A program made the position numbers and the translations under genes. The notes under the pieces are model-generated. The model was not told the origin of the DNA. It worked only from the letters and a program-made list of their open reading frames with translations, and did not search any database. DNA of 63,881 nt, counting the filler. It is 4 parts of 4 records of this genome, joined end to end, with 100 filler letters (N's around TTAATTAATTAA, not from the genome) between each part and the next. Parts side by side here need not be neighbours in the genome. Positions count along the whole stretch, not along the records: positions 47,937 to 63,881 come from DRR723986_9349; 3 more parts are not named here. One strand, given 5' to 3'. Below, in pieces: positions 59,964-63,881 of this stretch; within the stretch, counting starts at the first letter, position 1, and each line of letters starts with the position of its first letter.

Positions 59964-61394
59964 TTAGGTACCTGGCTGAGAGATTCGCTCAGCAGGGTAG
60001 GCATGCATGCCGTGCTCAGAGATATCCAAGCCCGTTTGCTCTTCCTCTGGACTGACTCGCAGGATTCCCACGACCTTCAGAATCAAGAAGAGTACTAGCA
60101 TCGTAAAGAACGCCCAGCCGCAGATGGTTGCTGTACCGATCAACTGCGTGACAAAGCTCGTCGTTCCGTCGGCAAGATAACCATTTGGCAAAATGCCAAT
60201 CGCCATACATCCCCAGACTCCACAAAGACCGTGGACCGGGAAAGCACCAACTGGATCATCAATTTGGAGCTTGTCGAGAAGCATAACGCCGAGGACGATC
60301 AAGACGCCAGCAACAGCACCGACGACGATTGCCATGTTGTTACTCATGCAGTCGCAGCAAGCAGTGATGCCCACCAGGCCGCCGAGGATGCCATTGAGGC
60401 CCATGGAGAGATCTGGTTTTCCAAACACGCCCCAGCTAACAAGAGTCGCAACTAAACCACCGGCTGCTGCGGCAAGCGTTGTCGTAACAGCACAGTGCAT
60501 CGTGTCGTTCATCGCACCGGTGCCATGGAAGCCAAGCATACTACCTGGGTTAAAGCCGTACCAACCGAACCAAAGAATGAAAACGCCGAGGGCAGCAATT
60601 GGCAAGCTGTGACCTGGCATTGGCATGCTCTTGCCGTTTACAAAACGGCCAATCCTTGGCCCAAGGACGATCGCACCTGCTAGTCCAGCGAATCCGCCCA
60701 CTCCGTGTACAACTGCTGAACCTGCAAAATCCTGGAAACCCATTTCGTTCAGGAAGCCTTCTCCCCACTTCCAGTAGCCACTAATTGGGTAGATAAACGC
60801 AGTCAGGACGGCACTGTAGACTAGGTATCCCAGAACCTTCATACGACCAGCAACTGCACCAGAGACGATTGTGGCTGCCGTTGCAGCAAATACCGCCTGG
60901 AACAACCAAGCTACTTCTGGGCTGAAGTCGCCACCGTCTGAACCTTCGATTCCAATTCCACCGAAGCCAAAGTAGGGATTTGTTTCAATGCCGTAAGTCT
61001 TCGGGTACATCAACCCATAGCCGACCAGGAAGAACAGCAGAATCCCGACGCAAATGTCCATCGAGTTCTTGAACAGAATGTTGACCGCATTCTTCTGAGC
61101 GTTGAAGCCAGCTTCGACCATCGCGAAGCCTGCTTGCATGAAGAACACCATCACGGCTGCAATGAACAAGAACATGTTGTCGAGCGCGTAGCCGACACCC
61201 AGGTCCTCGGCCTCTTCCTCAGCCGGCTCTTCTTCCGCGGCATCTTCTTCGCCGCCTTCTACCTCTTCAACTTCGGCTGCTCCGTCTTCGTCCTGTGCCC
61301 GAACGTCGACAGGTGTTGACGCCGAAGCAAACCCAAAAACAACAGCCGCTAGGAGCAGTAGCCAGCTCCGCCTGAAATCCAGTGAACTCAACAT
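59964..61394 (-). CDS. amtB: Ammonium transporter
   Basis: FMQAGF, FQAVFA.TAATIVSGAVA, DFAGSAVVH, GWYGFN and DDPVGAFPVH motifs; start uncertain (61394, 61418 or 61433). Confidence 0.95.
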   Translation of the reverse strand: MLSSLDFRRSWLLLLAAVVFGFASASTPVDVRAQDEDGAAEVEEVEGGEEDAAEEEPAEEEAEDLGVGYALDNMFLFIAAVMVFFMQAGFAMVEAGFNAQKNAVNILFKNSMDICVGILLFFLVGYGLMYPKTYGIETNPYFGFGGIGIEGSDGGDFSPEVAWLFQAVFAATAATIVSGAVAGRMKVLGYLVYSAVLTAFIYPISGYWKWGEGFLNEMGFQDFAGSAVVHGVGGFAGLAGAIVLGPRIGRFVNGKSMPMPGHSLPIAALGVFILWFGWYGFNPGSMLGFHGTGAMNDTMHCAVTTTLAAAAGGLVATLVSWGVFGKPDLSMGLNGILGGLVGITACCDCMSNNMAIVVGAVAGVLIVLGVMLLDKLQIDDPVGAFPVHGLCGVWGCMAIGILPNGYLADGTTSFVTQLIGTATICGWAFFTMLVLFLILKVVGILRVSPEEEQTGLDISEHGMHAYPAERISQPGT

Positions 61395-61578
61395 CAAAAT
61401 CTCTCGCCTTATCGCCATGGAGTGGGGGAACACCTCCGATCCAGCGGTTCATTCCGGCTGCACCAGAGGTGATATTGGTCGCATGCCGCAATCCTGCTCG
61501 TGCCCGGGCCAATCGTTAGCTCTTGAACGCGAATCTATGAAGCAGAAGACGGTGCGAAAACGTCTGGCGTACACCTAA

Positions 61579-61595
61579 GGCATTTCATGTGCCAT
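61579..61595 (-). promoter_or_regulatory. Sigma54 promoter of amtB
   Basis: Minus strand reads TGGCAC-ATGAA-ATGC, with GG-N10-GC spacing. Confidence 0.75.
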
Positions 61596-61713
61596 TAACC
61601 GACAAATCCCGCAATTAGTGGCAGGCAAGCCACCTAAAGCTTTGCATGCATGAGGTTTAGAGAAACCAGAAAAAACGCCGCCGACAGCGGCAACCCGCAA
61701 CCACAAGGACTAG

Positions 61714-61752
61714 TGCACGCTACGCAGGCAAATGCTGCCCAATTCCCAAGCA
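61714..61752. promoter_or_regulatory. Tandem NtrC-like enhancer sites
   Basis: TGCAC-N7-AGGCA (61714-61730) and TGCCC-N7-AAGCA (61736-61752), offset by 22 bp and lying about 120-160 bp upstream of the sigma54 site. Confidence 0.7.
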
Positions 61753-61898
61753 CGCACGCGTAAGAAAAATCCTCGTCTCGCAGGCCTCTGACCTGTGACC
61801 GATCGAGCCTGCTTTTGAAGATAGCTGGCTCCGAGTCTTAAGATGCTAGAGAAGCAGGATTGCGGCCCCACTTCAGCGTCGCCGATCGATCCTCCGAG

Positions 61899-63359
61899 CT
61901 ATTCTGCTTGGTCGCCACCGGATGTCTCTGGGTCGTCTGCCCCCGAACCGACTGCCTCACCCTTGCCGCTGCTCTCACCCGCTTCCTCAGAGCCAGGCTT
62001 CTTTTCGGTCGGCTTCTCGGCAGCGGGCTTTTCTTCGGCCGAAGATTCCTCGCCGGATGCCTCTTTGCTTCCTGCCTCACCGCTCTCAGTATTCTTGGCC
62101 GTGTCGCCCTTCTCTGCTTCAGCCTTGGTTGCGTCTTCAGTTCCGGACTCGCTCGACACAGCTTCATCCTCCGAACCAGACTCATTGCCAGACTCTTCGC
62201 TGGCCATTTCTTCGACTTCCGCAGCATCACCAGACTCCGACGTCTCCTCATCGGACTTGCCGTCGGAGCCATCGCTTGTGTCCGCGCGCTCATCGGACAC
62301 GTCACCTTCAGCAACCTCCTCAGTCGAGGCGTCGACCGACTCGTCAGCCTCCTCAACTTCCTCGACCTCCTCCGCTCCGTCCTGCTGCTGAGCATCCGCT
62401 GGGAACAGTCGCTCGTATTCCTTCAGGTAGTGGTCGTCTCCGTATGTCAGCTCTCCACCCTGGTATCCGGCAATCGAAACAGCGCCGACGGCGACGAATG
62501 AACCCAACATCCACAGCATCCGCATGCCGGTGTCCCCAGTCCGACGGACGCTACGCGCCGTGGGTATCAAGATCAATGCAACTACCGCAGCAGCGATGCC
62601 AAGCCAGCGGTGGCGGTCAATTGAACTATTGCCCAAATCGAAGCTCATCGCACCATATCCTTCGGATTGAGCGTACGACCAGCCAAGAGCACTCGCCACA
62701 ACGGCCCCCAGAGCACCAATCCACAGACAATGGAATGCAACGGGTTCAAAAGCGTCACGGTTGATAAACGACAAGACGACGAACCCGGCCGAAACCACCA
62801 GCAAAGCAATCGGGAAATGGATCGTAGCCGGGTGGAACAAGCCACTCAGACGCCACCACTTCTCGGCGTCCGTCAGGGATTCCGCCAACGGTACTTCCGG
62901 CTCAAGTTCCTGGTCGGCCGCTTCCTCTCCAGGAATCTCCCCCCACGATGCCCCTTCTTCAATCCAGACCTTCAAAAGAGCCAACTGCGCTCCGCTCAGA
63001 CTCCCAACGTCGCTGTCGGCTGGCGGCATCCGCATGTCGACATCATCGGTAATGAGGTAATCCACCCACAGCGAGCTCGACTCCAAGTCCCCAGCTTCGA
63101 CGTAGTCACTCATCGAATCTTCCATATCAACACGGAAGTCGTTCTTCGCGTCTTCGGGACCATGACAAACCAAACACTTGTCCCGAAGTATGGGCCAAAC
63201 GTCGCGGCCAAAATCTACCAACTCACCTTCGACTGGCCCCGACGCATCATCCTGCGCACTTGCAGGCACACTGCCGACGATCGCAAGAAGAGCTGCGCCA
63301 ACAAGCAGCCAGGCACGACTAGAAACCAGAGAGATTTGAGGACGGATTTTCAAGAGCAT
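61899..63359 (-). CDS. Planctomycete cytochrome c domain + DUF2231-like membrane domain + acidic tail
   Basis: DFGRDVWPIL..CLVCHG..MPP..WIEEGA; HPATIHFPIALL; GGELTYG; about 160-aa E/S/A-rich tail. Confidence 0.82.
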   Translation of the reverse strand: MLLKIRPQISLVSSRAWLLVGAALLAIVGSVPASAQDDASGPVEGELVDFGRDVWPILRDKCLVCHGPEDAKNDFRVDMEDSMSDYVEAGDLESSSLWVDYLITDDVDMRMPPADSDVGSLSGAQLALLKVWIEEGASWGEIPGEEAADQELEPEVPLAESLTDAEKWWRLSGLFHPATIHFPIALLVVSAGFVVLSFINRDAFEPVAFHCLWIGALGAVVASALGWSYAQSEGYGAMSFDLGNSSIDRHRWLGIAAAVVALILIPTARSVRRTGDTGMRMLWMLGSFVAVGAVSIAGYQGGELTYGDDHYLKEYERLFPADAQQQDGAEEVEEVEEADESVDASTEEVAEGDVSDERADTSDGSDGKSDEETSESGDAAEVEEMASEESGNESGSEDEAVSSESGTEDATKAEAEKGDTAKNTESGEAGSKEASGEESSAEEKPAAEKPTEKKPGSEEAGESSGKGEAVGSGADDPETSGGDQAE

Positions 63360-63559
63360 CTTGATATCCCAACTTTGTCGAAATAGTAAGTTTTGGAGGG
63401 GGAGACGCCGCGTAGTGACGGCGTGGCGGGATTACGGCTGCCCGAAAAACTACTGCCAGGGCAACCGATATACGGCACCGCGTTGAAACCGAAGGCCATT
63501 CATCGGCGGCGCAAGCACTATTCTACGATGCCGGAGCCACGATGTGGACCGTGATAGAA

Positions 63560-63880
63560 TCAGTCAGGCATCCCGCCGTGCAACTTGAGCGTGCCTTGGG
63601 CCGCAGGTTTAGCCTGTGAAGCTGGCCCCTTCTCAGTCGATAGAGATTTGCCGCTTTTCGACACATCGCTGGTTTTTGTCGCTTCTGGAGACGCGACACT
63701 TGGCTTCGGCACGGAAGAAGATTTGGTTGCGGGCGATTCAAGTACAATAACGTCCTCAACCACCTCGACCGGTCCCACGATCGACTCGGATTCGAATCGG
63801 ATTTCTCCCGCTTGAGGTATCACGGTGGCACTTCCGCCACTTGGCCAGCTCTCTTCAGCGACAACTTCTTCAGCGACAAC
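63560..63880 (-). CDS. 3' part of a hypothetical low-complexity protein (partial, runs off the window)
   Basis: Frame is open to the window end; tandem 15-bp repeat at 63852-63881 encodes VVAEE. Confidence 0.55.
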   Translation of the reverse strand, partial: VVAEEVVAEESWPSGGSATVIPQAGEIRFESESIVGPVEVVEDVIVLESPATKSSSVPKPSVASPEATKTSDVSKSGKSLSTEKGPASQAKPAAQGTLKLHGGMPD

Positions 63881-63881
63881 T

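Noticed and set aside
61838-62764. Several long overlapping ORFs (182-280 aa)
   Set aside because: Shadow frames of the low-complexity acidic tail of 61899-63359

Overview
The window is four unrelated contigs joined by artificial 100-bp spacers (44N-TTAATTAATTAA-44N at 14144-14243, 35545-35644 and 47837-47936), so no gene context carries across the spacers. Contig 1 (1-14143) looks alphaproteobacterial and is a catabolic gene block bounded by tRNA-Met 3' fragments. It holds a TonB-dependent receptor, a dirigent-like secreted protein, two SDRs, a LuxR regulator, an esterase, a VOC protein, an acyl-CoA ligase, a DAD-type cupin, an MBL/FAD monooxygenase/DUF2783 trio and a decayed FAH remnant. 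Contig 2 (14244-35544) looks like a planctomycete: PVC-type heme protein, KaiC-like ATPase, TPR and PEP-CTERM proteins, an RND pair, truB, an ABC permease and a three-gene operon at 32327-35189. Contig 3 (35645-47836, lineage uncertain, possibly FCB group) has a peptide ABC operon, oxyR-ahpC-ahpD and a secreted Ig/dockerin-like protein. Contig 4 (47937-63881) also looks like a planctomycete: alaS, an HtrA-like protease, recA, rpsP, ffh, alkaline phosphatase, P-II, amtB and a cytochrome c membrane protein. The best candidate for a new system is the 32327-35189 operon. Its two unannotated proteins each align by eye to the Ku DNA-end-binding core, suggesting a possible bacterial Ku heterodimer, and they precede an ATP-dependent DNA ligase with a WGR-like C-terminal domain. 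Other notable observations are an apparently circularly permuted alkaline phosphatase, a P-II lacking Tyr51, and sigma54/NtrC sites at amtB and glnK. All assignments come from motif recognition by eye; no searches were run.
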